This document shows positions 1 to 10,763 of a DNA stretch of 64,000 nt, piece after piece. The DNA comes from an uncultured Acidobacteriota bacterium (lineage in GTDB: Bacteria; Acidobacteriota; Thermoanaerobaculia; Multivoradales; UBA5704), in assembly GCA_963761645.1 (NCBI GenBank), contig CAVXIG010000070.1:81663-145662 (forward strand), given 5' to 3'. The notes beneath the pieces were generated by a model. It worked only from the letters and a program-made list of their open reading frames with translations, was not told the DNA's origin and did no database searches. How positions within the stretch are numbered: position 1 is the stretch's first letter; each line of letters opens with the position of its first letter. The position numbers and the translations under genes were made by a program.

Positions 1-1
1 G

Positions 2-478
2 ATCGGCCGGGCCCTCCAGGCGATGAAGGTGACGCGGGCGGACCTGGTCGCCGGCTACCGGCTGGACCGCACGGCCGAGGGGTTCCGCCGCACGGTCTAC
101 TCCTATTGCTACAACACCCTGATCGGGCTCCTGTTCGGCTGGCCGCACCGGGACATCAACTTCTCCTTCAAGCTGATCCGCCGCGAGGTGCTGGAGGCGA
201 TCGAGCTCAAGTCCGAGGGGTCGCTGATCGACGCCGAGCTGATCGTCAAGGCGAAAAACCTGGGGTTCGTGATCCAGCAGCTCGGCCTCGACTACTTCCC
301 GCGCACCCGCGGCAGCTCGACGCTCTCCTCCCCCACCGTCATCCTCAAGATCTTCCGGGAGCTCATCACCCTCTATCCGGAGATGCGCCACCCCCGCCGC
401 CGGGGCCAGCTCGCGCCCTCGGGAGAGTCCGCCACGCCCGAGCCGGTCGAGGCCCACGCTCCCACCCTGAACCGTTGA
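2..478 (+). CDS. Glycosyltransferase family 2 (DPM1-like), 5' partial
   Basis: Frame open from the window start; DLVAGYR...RDINFSFKLIRREVL...ELIVKAKNLGF...R..GSS is a typical DPM/DPG synthase-like C-terminal half. Confidence 0.85.
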   Translation: MGRALQAMKVTRADLVAGYRLDRTAEGFRRTVYSYCYNTLIGLLFGWPHRDINFSFKLIRREVLEAIELKSEGSLIDAELIVKAKNLGFVIQQLGLDYFPRTRGSSTLSSPTVILKIFRELITLYPEMRHPRRRGQLAPSGESATPEPVEAHAPTLNR

Positions 479-1310
479 GAACGCTCGTCGTCACCGCCGA
501 CGACGTCGGCCTCCACCCCGGCATGACCCTGGGGGCCTTGAAGGCCCACGACGAGGGGATCGTCACCGCCTGCAGCGTGGTGGCGACCGGCCCGGCCCTG
601 GACGACGCGGTCGAGCGGCTGCGCGAGCGGCCGGGGCTCGACGTCGGGGTCCACCTCACCTTCGTGGGCGAGCGTCCGCTCTCGCCGCCCGAGCGGGTGC
701 GGTCCCTCCTCGGCCCGGACGGCGCCTTCCTGCCGGGATTCCGCGCCTTCGCCGCCCGCTACGCCCTGGGCCGGATCGACGACGCCGACCTCGAAGCCGA
801 GCTGCGGCGGCAGATCGAGCGCCTCCTCGCCGCCGGCCTCCGGCTCGTCCACGCCAACAGCCACCAGCACCTGCACGTCCTGCCGCGGGTCTTCGAGATC
901 GTCCTGAAGCTCGCCGAGGAATACCGCATCCCCTGGGTGCGGGTTCCCCGCGACCCGGCGACGACCCTCTCCCTGCGCGCGCTCGAGATCGGAATCCTCA
1001 ACGGGATCGGCCGAGCGGCCCGCCGCCAGACGCGAGGGAGGAACGTCAGGATTCCCGACCGCACCGTCGGCATCCTCGACGCGGGACGGCTGACCCCGGA
1101 ACGGCTCGTCTCCATCCTGAAGGACGTGGAGAACGTGACCGAGCTGGTCTGCCATCCGGGGATCGGAGACTGGGAGCCTGGAGAACCGCCTATGACTGGG
1201 GCTATGAATGGGAAGGGGAGACGGCGGCGCTGTGCGATCCGGGGGTGAGGACGGCGATTCGGGATGGGGGGATCGAGGTCAGCGGGTTTTCGGGGCTCAC
1301 TTCAGCTTAG
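475..1310 (+). CDS. YdjC/ChbG/HpnK-family carbohydrate deacetylase (one frame break near 1175)
   Basis: TTG start overlaps the upstream TGA; motifs LVVTADDVG, GVHLTF, HANSHQHLH, ELVCHPG; the C-terminus YDWGYEWEGETAALCDP continues in another frame to TAG at 1310. Confidence 0.85.
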
Positions 1311-3105
1311 CCTCCAGCTCCGCCCACCGCGCATACAGCTTCTCCACCGCCTGCCGGGCCTTCTCCAGCTCATTGCACCGCTCCTGGAGCGCGGCGGGAT
1401 CGGTGGCCACGGCCGGGTCCTCGACCCCGGCCTGGGCCGCGGCGAGACGGTTCTCGGCTTCCAGGATCGCCCCCTCCATCTTCTCCCACTCCTGCTTCTC
1501 CTTGTAGGAGAGACGCTTGGCCTCCTTGGCGGGCTTCGGCGCGGCCTTGGCGGCGGTGGCCTTCGACGGCGGCGGGGCGGACTGGCGGGCGGACTCCCAT
1601 TGGGCGTAGTCGGCGAAGTACTCCGAATTGCCCTGGCCGTCGAGAGCGAGGATCAGGGTGGAGACGCTCTCCAGCAGGAAACGGTCGTGGGTGACCAGCA
1701 CCAGCGCGCCCGGGAACTCCAGCAGGCTGTCCTCCAGCACCTCCAGCGTCGGGATGTCGAGGTCGTTCGTCGGCTCGTCGAGGATCAGCAGGTCCGCCGG
1801 CCGCAGCATCAGGCGGGCGATCAGGATGCGGGCCTGCTCGCCGCCGGAGAGCCGCGAGACGGGGGTGTCGAGCTGCTCGGTGCGGAAGAGGAACCGCTTG
1901 GCCCAGGCCGCGACGTGGATCGAGCGGTCCTGATACAGCACCGAATCCCCCTCCGGCGCCAGCGCCCGGCGCAGGCTCACCGTCTTGTCGAGCGTCTCGC
2001 GGCTCTGCTCGAAGCGGACGACGCGCAGCCACTCCGCCCGCTGGATCGTGCCGGCGTCCGGCTCGAGCGTGCCGTCGAGCATCGAGAGCAGGGTGGTCTT
2101 GCCGCTGCCGTTCGGCCCGAGCAGACCGAGGCGCATGCCGGGGGTGAGCTTGAGGTCGAGGTTCCTGACGATCCGCCGGCTGTCGAAGGACTTGGTCAGC
2201 CCCTCGGTGACCAGCAGCTTCTTGGTCTTGCGGTCGGAGGCGTTGAAGTCGATCCCGGCCCGGGCGTTGGCGGCGGCGCCGGTGCGCGCCTTCATCTCCT
2301 CCAGCTCGGCGATCATCCGGTTCGCCTCCTGGATGCGCCCCTTGGCCTTGGTCGTCCGCGCCTTGGCGCCGCGCTTCAGCCACTCCACCTCATTGCGGAC
2401 CTTGTTGGCGAGCGAGGCCTGGTACTCGGCCTGATTGCGGAGCACCTCGTCGCGCTTCTGCAGGAAATCGCTGTAGCTCCCCTGGGCCTGGAAGATCCCC
2501 TCCGGGTAGCGGCGGTCGAGCTCCAGCACGCGCGAGGTGACGTTCTCCAGGAAGTAGCGGTCGTGGCTGACCACGAGATAGGCCAGCGGCTCGCTCTGCA
2601 GCAGGTCCTCCAGCCAGAGGATGCCCTCGACGTCCAGATGGTTCGTGGGCTCGTCCATCAGCAGGATGTCGGGCTGCTGGACCAGGGCGCGGGCGATCGC
2701 CAGGCGCTTGCGCCACCCTCCCGAGAGGATGTCCACCGCCTGCTGCGGATCGTTGAACCCGGCCCGCCCGAGGGCGATGGCGACCCGCAGGTCCTTCTCG
2801 TAGTCCTCGGCATGATCGTCCGCCAGGGCCTCGACGAGGGTCTCCTCGACCGTCTTCCCCGTCGGGAACTCGGGGTCCTGGGGGACATACCCCATCCGGG
2901 TCCCCCGCCGGAGCGAGCGGGTCCCGGAATCCGGCTCCTCGATGCCGGCGAGGATCTTGAGCAGGGTGGACTTCCCCGAGCCGTTGGGACCGATGAGGCC
3001 GACGCGGTCCCCCTCCGAGATCCCGAAGGAGAGATCCTCGAACAGGGGGCGGGCGCCGAAGCCCTTGCCGATGGAGTCGCAACTCAGGAGGAGAGTGGGG
3101 GGCAT
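1297..3105 (-). CDS. ABC-F family ATP-binding protein (Uup-like)
   Basis: Two ABC domains (GPNGSGKS/LSGG/DEPTNHLD and GPNGSGKT/LSGGE/DEPTNDLD), no TM segments, Uup-type C-terminal coiled coil LSYKEKQEW...LYARWAELE. Confidence 0.9.
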   Translation of the reverse strand: MPPTLLLSCDSIGKGFGARPLFEDLSFGISEGDRVGLIGPNGSGKSTLLKILAGIEEPDSGTRSLRRGTRMGYVPQDPEFPTGKTVEETLVEALADDHAEDYEKDLRVAIALGRAGFNDPQQAVDILSGGWRKRLAIARALVQQPDILLMDEPTNHLDVEGILWLEDLLQSEPLAYLVVSHDRYFLENVTSRVLELDRRYPEGIFQAQGSYSDFLQKRDEVLRNQAEYQASLANKVRNEVEWLKRGAKARTTKAKGRIQEANRMIAELEEMKARTGAAANARAGIDFNASDRKTKKLLVTEGLTKSFDSRRIVRNLDLKLTPGMRLGLLGPNGSGKTTLLSMLDGTLEPDAGTIQRAEWLRVVRFEQSRETLDKTVSLRRALAPEGDSVLYQDRSIHVAAWAKRFLFRTEQLDTPVSRLSGGEQARILIARLMLRPADLLILDEPTNDLDIPTLEVLEDSLLEFPGALVLVTHDRFLLESVSTLILALDGQGNSEYFADYAQWESARQSAPPPSKATAAKAAPKPAKEAKRLSYKEKQEWEKMEGAILEAENRLAAAQAGVEDPAVATDPAALQERCNELEKARQAVEKLYARWAELEAKLK

Positions 3106-3353
3106 GAATCCTGGACTTCCTTCAAAAGCATTTCCTTTTCTGTCTTCCGCATCTTCTTGATCCGGCGCTCCTCGCGAAGGGCGAGACCCCAAGAGAGCAC
3201 CTCGCGCCACCAGACGAGCGTCACCGGCAGATGGGACCGCGTATACCGCGACGCCCGGCCCGCCCGGTGCTGCGCGAGCCGCCGTTCGACGTCCTTGGCG
3301 ATCCCGGTGTAGAGCGAGCCGTCGCCGCAGCGGAGGATGTAGATATAGGGCAC
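3084..3353 (-). CDS. Small GIY-YIG nuclease (YhbQ/UPF0213-like)
   Basis: YIYILRCGDGSLYTGIAKDVERRLAQHRAG..SRYT...A.REE..IKK; GTG start inferred. Confidence 0.85.
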   Translation of the reverse strand: MPYIYILRCGDGSLYTGIAKDVERRLAQHRAGRASRYTRSHLPVTLVWWREVLSWGLALREERRIKKMRKTEKEMLLKEVQDSCPPLSS

Positions 3354-3360
3354 GGGGGGA

Positions 3361-4515
3361 TTATAGAGTGGAACCCTCGAACGCCAGCGACCGTACCAGT
3401 TGCCGCTTCGCCATGGAGGCCGGTGTCCAGGCGATGAGGCGGTCGCGGAGCGCACGGGCGAGGCCGTTCTCCCACTGGGCCAGACGTCCCAGGCGGAGCG
3501 AGCCGAGGACGAACCCGTTGGCCCTTTGGATGCGCCGGGCCTCGTAGCGGCGCAGGGCGGCGGGGAAGTCCGGCTCGCCGCGAAGGCATTCCGCGAGCAC
3601 CACGGCGTCCTCGATGGCCTGGCCGGCTCCCTGGCCGAGATTCGGCGTCATCGGATGGGCGGCATCGCCGAGCAGGGCGATCCTCCCCTCTCCCCATTTC
3701 CGGACCGGCATCCGGTGGAGGATGTCGTTGCGCAGGATCGCCTCTTCGGGCGTCGCCTCCAGGAGGGCCTGGATCGGCGGGTGCCACCCCTTGAACAGTC
3801 GCAGGAGGGTGGCGCGGGATTGCCCGGGCTCGTCCCGGCCTCCCGGCGGGGTGTTGAGAGTGGTGAACCAGTAGATCCGCCCCTTCTCGATCGGCACGAT
3901 GCCGAAGCGCCGGCCAGGACCCCAGCTCTCCGAAACCTCCTGAGGCGCCGGATGAAAATTCTCCGGAGTGACCCCACGCCAGCTCACGTAACCCGCGTAG
4001 AGGGGATCGCCGTCGTCCAGGAGCCGCGCCCGGACGGCGGAGTGAATGCCGTCCGCTCCGATCAGGGCCGCGCCGGCGATCCGGCGGCCGTCCCCGAGCC
4101 GGACCTCGACGCCGTCCGCTCCCGTCTCATAGCCGACGACCTCGCTGCCGGTGTGCAGAACGCCGGGGCCGAGCGCCTCTAGCAGGATCTTCTGCAGCGT
4201 CGCGCGATGGATCGCGACCGAAGGAGCCCCCAGCAGGGTCTCGATCTCGCGGAAGTCGGTGCCGCCGAGAAGAGCGCCGTCCCATCGCCGGATGCTGGCG
4301 ATCTCGATCGGCCGGCCCGCCGCCATCACCGCCCGGTCGAGGCCGATGCGGCGCAACGCAAGAATGGCGTTCGCCTGGATCGTGATGCCGGCGCCGACCT
4401 CCCGGATTTCGGGAGCGCGCTCGTGAACCTGGACTGGGAATCCGGCCCGGTGCAGCGCGATCGCGGCGGCCAGCCCGCCGATGCCTCCGCCGGCGATAAG
4501 GATGCCCTCGTTCAT
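3361..4515 (-). CDS. FAD-dependent monooxygenase (class A flavoprotein hydroxylase)
   Basis: IAGGGIGGL, IGADGIHS, LLGDAAHPMTPNLGQGAGQAIED motifs. Confidence 0.92.
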   Translation of the reverse strand: MNEGILIAGGGIGGLAAAIALHRAGFPVQVHERAPEIREVGAGITIQANAILALRRIGLDRAVMAAGRPIEIASIRRWDGALLGGTDFREIETLLGAPSVAIHRATLQKILLEALGPGVLHTGSEVVGYETGADGVEVRLGDGRRIAGAALIGADGIHSAVRARLLDDGDPLYAGYVSWRGVTPENFHPAPQEVSESWGPGRRFGIVPIEKGRIYWFTTLNTPPGGRDEPGQSRATLLRLFKGWHPPIQALLEATPEEAILRNDILHRMPVRKWGEGRIALLGDAAHPMTPNLGQGAGQAIEDAVVLAECLRGEPDFPAALRRYEARRIQRANGFVLGSLRLGRLAQWENGLARALRDRLIAWTPASMAKRQLVRSLAFEGSTL

Positions 4516-4520
4516 CTGCC

Positions 4521-4976
4521 TCAGAGATCCGCCAGCACTTCGGCCGCGCTACCCTCGACTAGGGGAAGCAGACGGGAGTCCTCCAGCGCGGCAGTGCGAT
4601 GGCCGATGCCCGCCATGTACTCCGGATTGGAGGCAAACTCCATGAACGCCCCAACGCTGCTCTGCCGGACGAGCATAGCCGCATCCCACCGCTCGTCGCT
4701 CGGTCCGATCAGGAAGGCGCCGCCCTTGCCGAGGAAGAGCAACTCGCCGCCTGACTCCTTGAGGTGCGGCAGGGTGTGCTCGATATAGAGCCGGTAAGCC
4801 GCCTCACCGCTGATCGGGGCGGCGGGCGCGAGGTGCGGCGTGGCTGAGTAGTCGGCGACGGCCCGAAAACGCAAGAGATTGAGCATGACGATCTCGCCGG
4901 AGATGTTGCGAGTGAAGAACTCTCGCCCGGCCTCTTGGGTTGGCTCGAGATACGTCGGGCGCGTGCTGTCGGACAT
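4521..4976 (-). CDS. DUF1330-like protein
   Basis: IVMLNLLRFRAVADY...SGEAAYRLY...LIGPSDERWDA.MLV...Y.AG.GHR.AALEDSRL pattern; RBS GAAGGAG. Confidence 0.75.
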   Translation of the reverse strand: MSDSTRPTYLEPTQEAGREFFTRNISGEIVMLNLLRFRAVADYSATPHLAPAAPISGEAAYRLYIEHTLPHLKESGGELLFLGKGGAFLIGPSDERWDAAMLVRQSSVGAFMEFASNPEYMAGIGHRTAALEDSRLLPLVEGSAAEVLADL

Positions 4977-5019
4977 GGGTCTCTCCTTCGACTTGTCGCT
5001 GGCAAGCGACTTCCCCTGA

Positions 5020-5135
5020 GTAAGCCTTGATCGCTTCGATCACCTTCGCCCCCATGCCATGAAGATCCAGGATTTGGCTTTCCGTGAGGCGAGTGGCCTG
5101 GTCTAAGCGAGAGATTCCCGCGGAGGCGAGCTTTT
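5020..5135 (-). pseudogene. Fragment of an RNA polymerase alpha-CTD-like/HhH small protein
   Basis: LASAGISRLDQATRLTESQILDLHGMGAKVIEAIK resembles the alpha-CTD-like HhH motif; no clean gene boundaries. Confidence 0.4.
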
Positions 5136-5317
5136 TCTGGCGGCGCATCACCCTTGTCACTCTTCAAAGTCCTGAGGCGGCAATAAGATTTTTCGCCACT
5201 GTAGCGGACCGACCTCTCCAGCAAGCCACTTTGTCTCGCAGTCAAGTAGAATCATGTTCCCTGGCAGATTCTCAACCGCCTCCGAGAGAAGGATTCGAGC
5301 TCGCTCGCTATCGCCAA

Positions 5318-5724
5318 TCAGTCGATATGCTTCGGCAGGAAGATCTGATCGATCATATGGGATGGATGGGTGCTTACACCGATCGGTGGACGATTCGACT
5401 GGCTCAGCCGTGACACCAATGCAGGGTCGAGCGTACAAGTGACTCGTAGGCAGAACGCAAGCAAGGCAGCGAAATCTTGAGCAAGCGCTTCTGGGTGGAC
5501 CGCAATGAGGACCTCTCTTGAGCCATCTGGTCGAATGGCCTCTAGCTGCTGCTCGACCAGGTACACAGCGCTGGTCAAGTCAGACGATGAGGCCGCCGGA
5601 GCGTACGATCCACCAGCGTATCGATAGAATTGTGCCCTCGGTAGTTCGAGTAGAGCACGGTCCGCTGTTGGGTTCGGTACAGCTCGTCGGTCTTAAAGAA
5701 GCGACCAGTGATAATTTGGAGCAT
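5318..5724 (-). pseudogene. Truncated, frameshifted hypothetical cassette gene; possibly joined to an unrelated C-terminal fragment (5157-5345)
   Basis: ATG at 5724 gives MLQIITGRFFKTDELYRTQQRTVLYSNY..., continuing after a frame break as DLTSAVYLVEQQLEAIRPDG...; lower GC; starts about 55 bp after the attC. Confidence 0.45.
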
Positions 5725-5774
5725 CGGTGTTCAGTCATTGCATCAGGAAATCTCTGTCGTTCACGTAGGATGCG

Positions 5775-5845
5775 CGCTAACGACTCACGGCTCAACCGCC
5801 CGCCGCCGCTTTTGGCGAAGGGCCGGCTGCAGCTTGGCGTTAGCT
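5775..5845 (-). mobile_element. Integron attC recombination site (no integrase in window)
   Basis: Minus strand: AGCTAAC-GCCAA-GCTGCAGC-CGGCCC...GGGCG-GTTGAGC-CGTGAGTC-GTTAGCG; complementary R''/R' boxes and an L''/L' pair with an extrahelical G; lies at the 3' end of a low-GC ORF. Confidence 0.7.
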
Positions 5846-6387
5846 AGTTCCCTCGGCTCACGTGGAAAGAGCGCACCCTGACCCGCCGGACTGCCACCGA
5901 CGTGTGACTGTCGTGAAACCCCTGGTGAGGGCGACACTAGCCCAGCCAACTCGGCTTCGCGCCGAATTGTGTGGAACGTATGGTCGGCGGCAAGATAAAC
6001 CACCACTGGCTTCCCTGCCACGAGAAGGCGCCGGATGTTGAAAAGAGTGCCCTTGCTCTTCCCGTCCCAAAGCATGAAGCCGCATTCGGCGTCACCAGCC
6101 ATCGCGGCATCCTTAAGAGCGTAGTAATCGAAGCCACGCTGATTGGTAGCCGCAACCGACCGAACAGGCCACTGGCCAACGTTGTTCCGACAGTCAGCGT
6201 TTGTGCAGTAGACGGTTACGGAACGATAACCTTGCTCTGCGAGGTATGCCTGAACCGCACGATCACCGCCGTTGGCGTCACCGATGAGCACAGCATGATT
6301 GCGCCCGATAATTTTGTCCAACCGTCTACGGATCACAGCATTTAGCCGGGACAAACGTCGAGATCCTCCAATGAATACTACACTCAT
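5785..6387 (-). CDS. SLOG-superfamily (DprA/YspA/YAcAr-like) nucleotide-binding protein
   Basis: VFIGGSR...LIGDANGGDRAVQ...KD.AMA..AE.GFMLWDGKSKGTLFNI....GKPVVV matches the SLOG Rossmannoid pattern; ATG overlaps the upstream TGA. Confidence 0.75.
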   Translation of the reverse strand: MSVVFIGGSRRLSRLNAVIRRRLDKIIGRNHAVLIGDANGGDRAVQAYLAEQGYRSVTVYCTNADCRNNVGQWPVRSVAATNQRGFDYYALKDAAMAGDAECGFMLWDGKSKGTLFNIRRLLVAGKPVVVYLAADHTFHTIRREAELAGLVSPSPGVSRQSHVGGSPAGQGALFPREPRELANAKLQPALRQKRRRAVEP

Positions 6388-6979
6388 GACGAGCTCCGTG
6401 TTCGGGTCGGGCAGAAGGCGTAGACCTCGCGCACCGCCCCCTGGCTGGTGAGTGACGCGGTGACAGCATTCAGTGTTGCGCCAGACCTGTAGAGATCATC
6501 GATCAGGAGCACCGCTTTGCCTTGAAGATCGGTGGACGTGAGCTGTATGCGTCGGCGAGGAGCTTGAGTCGCTCGTGATAGTCGAACACGTCTTTGAGCT
6601 CTTTGGCAGTCGGCGCCTTCCGCACAGCGTCATAAACGGGAATCCCGAGATGTGTGCCAATCCCTTGCGCGATGCCCATTACAGGCTGCGACGAGCGGGA
6701 CCGACTTGGCGGTACTGGAACAATCGCTTGGACGGGCGGTCCCCATCCACGAATGAATTCGGTCGCGGCCAAGACGAGATCAGCAAGCGCATCCCCTTGC
6801 CTTTTGTATTTCAAAAGGTAGAGGAGATCCCCGACAGGAGTTCTTACGGTGTTGAACAGGGGATGCCCGTACTCATCGTAGCCGACGAAGTCGCTGCTCT
6901 TGGTGTGATAGTCGAGAACGTACCCATCCTTCCAAGAGCCAGGTATCTTCATGGGGTTCGTCTGAACTGGAACTGGCAT
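6384..6979 (-). CDS. ComF-like phosphoribosyltransferase (frame break near 6535)
   Basis: LLYLLKYK, IVPVPPS; after frame correction the PRPP-binding loop VLLIDDLYRSGATL; TGA coupled to the SLOG ATG. Confidence 0.8.
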
Positions 6980-7093
6980 TCGCTGCTCCTCTTCCACTCA
7001 ACTCATGGCATAGGAAGTATACCAATTTGCCGAGGGCGGCCGGGGAACGCAGGCCCGGGGACTATCCCCCGGATAGAGCCCTCCACCGGGAGG

Positions 7094-10000
7094 TCATCCT
7101 GGGCTCAGAATTTTTCCCGCCCGGAGGAACCAGAGCTCGAACCGCGGCGCCTCCTCCATCTCCAGGGCCTCCCGCATGGCCCTTCCGTAGACCGCCCCTT
7201 GCGGCGCGTAGACGGCCGCGCGGGTGCGGATCTCCTCGGCCGTCTCCACCTCGTCGGTCTTGTAGTCGGCGATCACGATCCGGCCGTCCTCCGGATCGCG
7301 GTAGAGGAGGTCGATCGCGCCGCTGACGATGCCGACGGGCGAATGCTCCCCCTCCCCCGGCGGCAGGAGGACGGGCAGCTCGCGGGCGAGGACGTGATCC
7401 TTCAGCTTCCGCATGCGCTTGAGCAGGGGGCCGGCGGCGAAGGTCTCCAGGAGGGTGGCGGCCAGCGGGAGCGCGCGGTCGAGCTCGTCCCCTTCGACGA
7501 GGGCGGCGAGGTAGGCGGGGAGCAGGGCGCGCTGGCGCTCCAGCTCCTTGGCCGGCGCGGCGCCGAGGTCCCACTCCTCCAGGGCGCGGTGGATGGCCCC
7601 GCCGGCGGCCATGGCGGCGGCGCGGTCCTTGGCGCGATGGGCGGAGCGGCGGCCTTTCCGCTCGACGATCTCGGTCTGTTTTTCGGCCTGCTGCTCGCGC
7701 AGGAGGGCGTGGGCCTCCTCGGAGGCGGCGCCGCCGAAGGAGCGCTCCATGCGCAGGGCGGCGCGCTCGCGCTCGGCGCGCAGGGTGGCGGAGACAAAGG
7801 CGATCTCCTCCGGCCCGGGCAGCGAGGGGCGCTCGGGCTCGGCGGCGAGGCCGAGGTCGGCCGGCGGGCGCAGGCCGGGGAACTTCCAGAGCGCGCCGGT
7901 CGGGTCCGGGAAGGACCAGGAAGGCGCCGCTGCTCGCCGAGCCGAGGGCCTCTTCCCAGAGATCGGGAAGGCTCGGCGGCAGGTCGCCGCGCGAGAGCAG
8001 GAGATCCAGCGGATTGTGGGCCTGCTCCCAGGTCAGCGGCTTCGTCGCCTCGGGCCAGCGGCCGGCGAGCACGAGGCGGTCCTTGGCGCGGGTCATCGCC
8101 ACGTAGAGCAGGCGCACCCGCTCGGCGGCCTCGACCACGCGGCGGTCGGCCTCGATGCGATCGAAGCCGGGAGTCGGCGCGCCGAACAGGCGGTATTCGA
8201 AGCCGTCGCCCCAGCGGCCGGCCTCGGTGCGGGCGCCGCGGTCCCCCGGCGGCGGCTTGTGGAGCTGGAGCAGGTAGACGTGCTCGAAGTCGAGCCCCTT
8301 GGCGCCATGGATGGTGAGCACCTGGACCGCGTCCTCGGAGCTGTCCTTGGGGCGCCCCTCCTCGGCCTCGCGGGCCTCGGACACGCTGCGCCGCAGGGCG
8401 CGCAGGATGGCGGTGGCGTCGCCGCCGCTCTCCTCGACGGCGGCGAGCACCTGGCGGAAGAAGCGCTCCAGGTTGGCCAGCCGGTAGGGGCCGAGGTAGC
8501 GGGCCGCCTCGGTGGCCTCGATCAGGGTGAGCCGGCGCAGGCGCTCGACGAAGACGTCCGCCGGCTCGGTCTCGAAGGAGCGGCGGAGGACGGCCAGATG
8601 CTCGACGGCGGCCAGCAGGTTGCGGTCCCAGCCGCGCACGCGCTCGATCCCCGGCACGTCTTTCGGCACCACGCGGACCGCCCCCTCGATCGCCCGCCGC
8701 AGGGCCGCGAGGGCGTCGGGAGCGGGCGAGCGCAGCTCGGTCATCAGCCGCGGGAACTGCCGGTTCCAGAGCGGGATCAGGGCGGCGTCGGGCACCCCCA
8801 CGGTCGAGGAGCGGAGCACGGTGAGCAGCGCCAGGTGGTCGCCCGGATCGAGCACCGAGCGCACCAGGGCGGCGGCCTCGATGACCTCGCGGCGGCGGTA
8901 GTACTGCTTGTCGCGGCCGACGGCGAAGGGGACGCGGGCGCGGCGGAAGGCCTCCAGATAGAGGTCGAGGTCGCCGATGCCGCGCAGCAGGACGGCGATC
9001 TCGCTCCAGGCGACCCCGTGCTCGGCGTGGAGGGCGCGGATGTCTTCGGCGAGGGCGGCGGCCTCGATCTCGGTGGCCTCGGCGAGCGCGGTCTTCCAGG
9101 GCTCGCGGCTGCCGCTTCCAGGAGACCCAGTGCTCGACGGGGGCCCAGCCGGCCGACGGCCACTCGCGGCGGAAGCCGGGGTCCTCCAGCCGCCGGTCGC
9201 AGGCGAAGAGGGGCTCGAAGGGGGGCTGGACCCCGTCCCGCGAGCGTCATCACCGGCTCGATCACCCGGGCGACTTCCTCCAGGATCACCGGCACGGAAC
9301 GGAAGTTGAGGGCGAGCGACATCACCTCCCCCCCGGCCTCCCGCACCAGGTTCGACGAAGCCGTCGTAGGCCCGCAGGTCGGCGTTGCGCCAGCCGTAGA
9401 TCGACTGCTTGGGGTCGCCGACCAGGAAGAGGCCGGGGCGCTCCTCCGACCGGGCCGTCGAGGGCGATCCAGCGCAGGAGGTCGCACTGGATGCGGTCGG
9501 TGTCCTGGAACTCGTCGACCAGGAGCTGATCGATCCGCCGCCGCACCTGCCGCCGCACCTCGGGCTGCTCGGCGAGGAGCGACTCGGCGCCGGCGAGCAG
9601 GAAGTCGAAGGTGGCGATGCCGCGGGAGCGCAGCTCGCGCTCGACCCGGCCGAGCAGGGGGATCAGCGCGCGGCGGCCGTGCTCCATCAGCTCGGGATCG
9701 AAGCGGGTGAGCTGCTCGAGGAGCTGGACGAGGCCGGCGGCGGCGGCGGCCAGCTCGACCGCCACCTCGCCGAAGAGGGCGGCTTCGGTCGCCTCCAGCT
9801 TCCGCGCGCCAGTTCTTCAGATGATCGACGAGGTTCTCGGGGAGCAGGTCCGTCGCGCCATTCCTTCAGGAGTCGGCGACCGCGCGCCGTCTTCCTCCAG
9901 CCGGCCGAGCAGAGCGCGCGAGGGCGTCGGCGATCTTCGTGGCGTTGGGCACCCGCACCCCCTTGCGGAGGCGGGGCGCGATCAGCCGTGGACCGCTCCG

Positions 10001-10759
10001 CAGGCGGCGGCGAGGCGGCGGCGGAACTCCGCCAGCGCCTCGGGGCGGAACGGGTCCTCGTTGAGGACGGCGGCGGGGAGCCCCGCCTGGAGGAGGGCGG
10101 TCAGCGCCTCGACGATCTCCGGCGGGCCGAAGCCGCGGATGGCGAGGGCCAGCAGGTGGGGATCGCCGGGATCGCCGTAGCCGTCGCGCAGGGCGTCCTC
10201 GACGGTCTCGCGGACGACCTCCTCGACGAGGTGGCCGTCGGCGTCGATCACGAGATCGGGGTGGATGCGCGCCTCCAGCGGATGATCGGCGAGCAGCCCG
10301 CGGCAGAAGGCGTGGATGGTGCGCACGGCCAGATGGTCGAGCGTGCCGAGGAGCGCCCGCGCCCGCCGGGAGCGCTCGGGGTCGGGCGGCAGGAGCGAGG
10401 CCTCGAGCCAGTCCGGCGCCGGGGTGGCCGGCGGCGAGCGAGGCCAGCTCGCGGGCGGCGCGGCCGGCCATCTCGGCCGCCGCCGCCTCGGTGAAGGTGA
10501 TGGCCACCACCCGGCCCAGCACCTCGGCGGCGACGCGGTCGGGCCCGTCGTCGCGCGGCGGTCGCGCGGACTTCCGCTCGGCGAGGCGCAGGGCGGCGCG
10601 CTCCCAACCCTCCCCCAGGGTCCAGGCGAGCAGCCGGCCGATGAGGGTCGTGGTCTTGCCCGTCCCCGCTCCGGCCTGGAGCACCAGGGGGACGTCGAAG
10701 CGGGTCTGCGCGGCCCGGCGGGCCTCGCGGTCGGCGGCGCGGAGGAGGGTTTCGGTCAT
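7094..10759 (-). CDS. addA: AddA/RecB-like UvrD helicase-nuclease (several frame breaks)
   Basis: LQAGAGTGKT, AITFTEAAAAEM, TIHAFC, LVDEFQDTD, VGDPKQSIY, NFRS, TIHGAKGLDF, LLYVAMTRA and C-terminal nuclease GAIDLLY...IADYKTD, spread over several frames. Confidence 0.85.
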
Positions 10760-10763
10760 CCGC

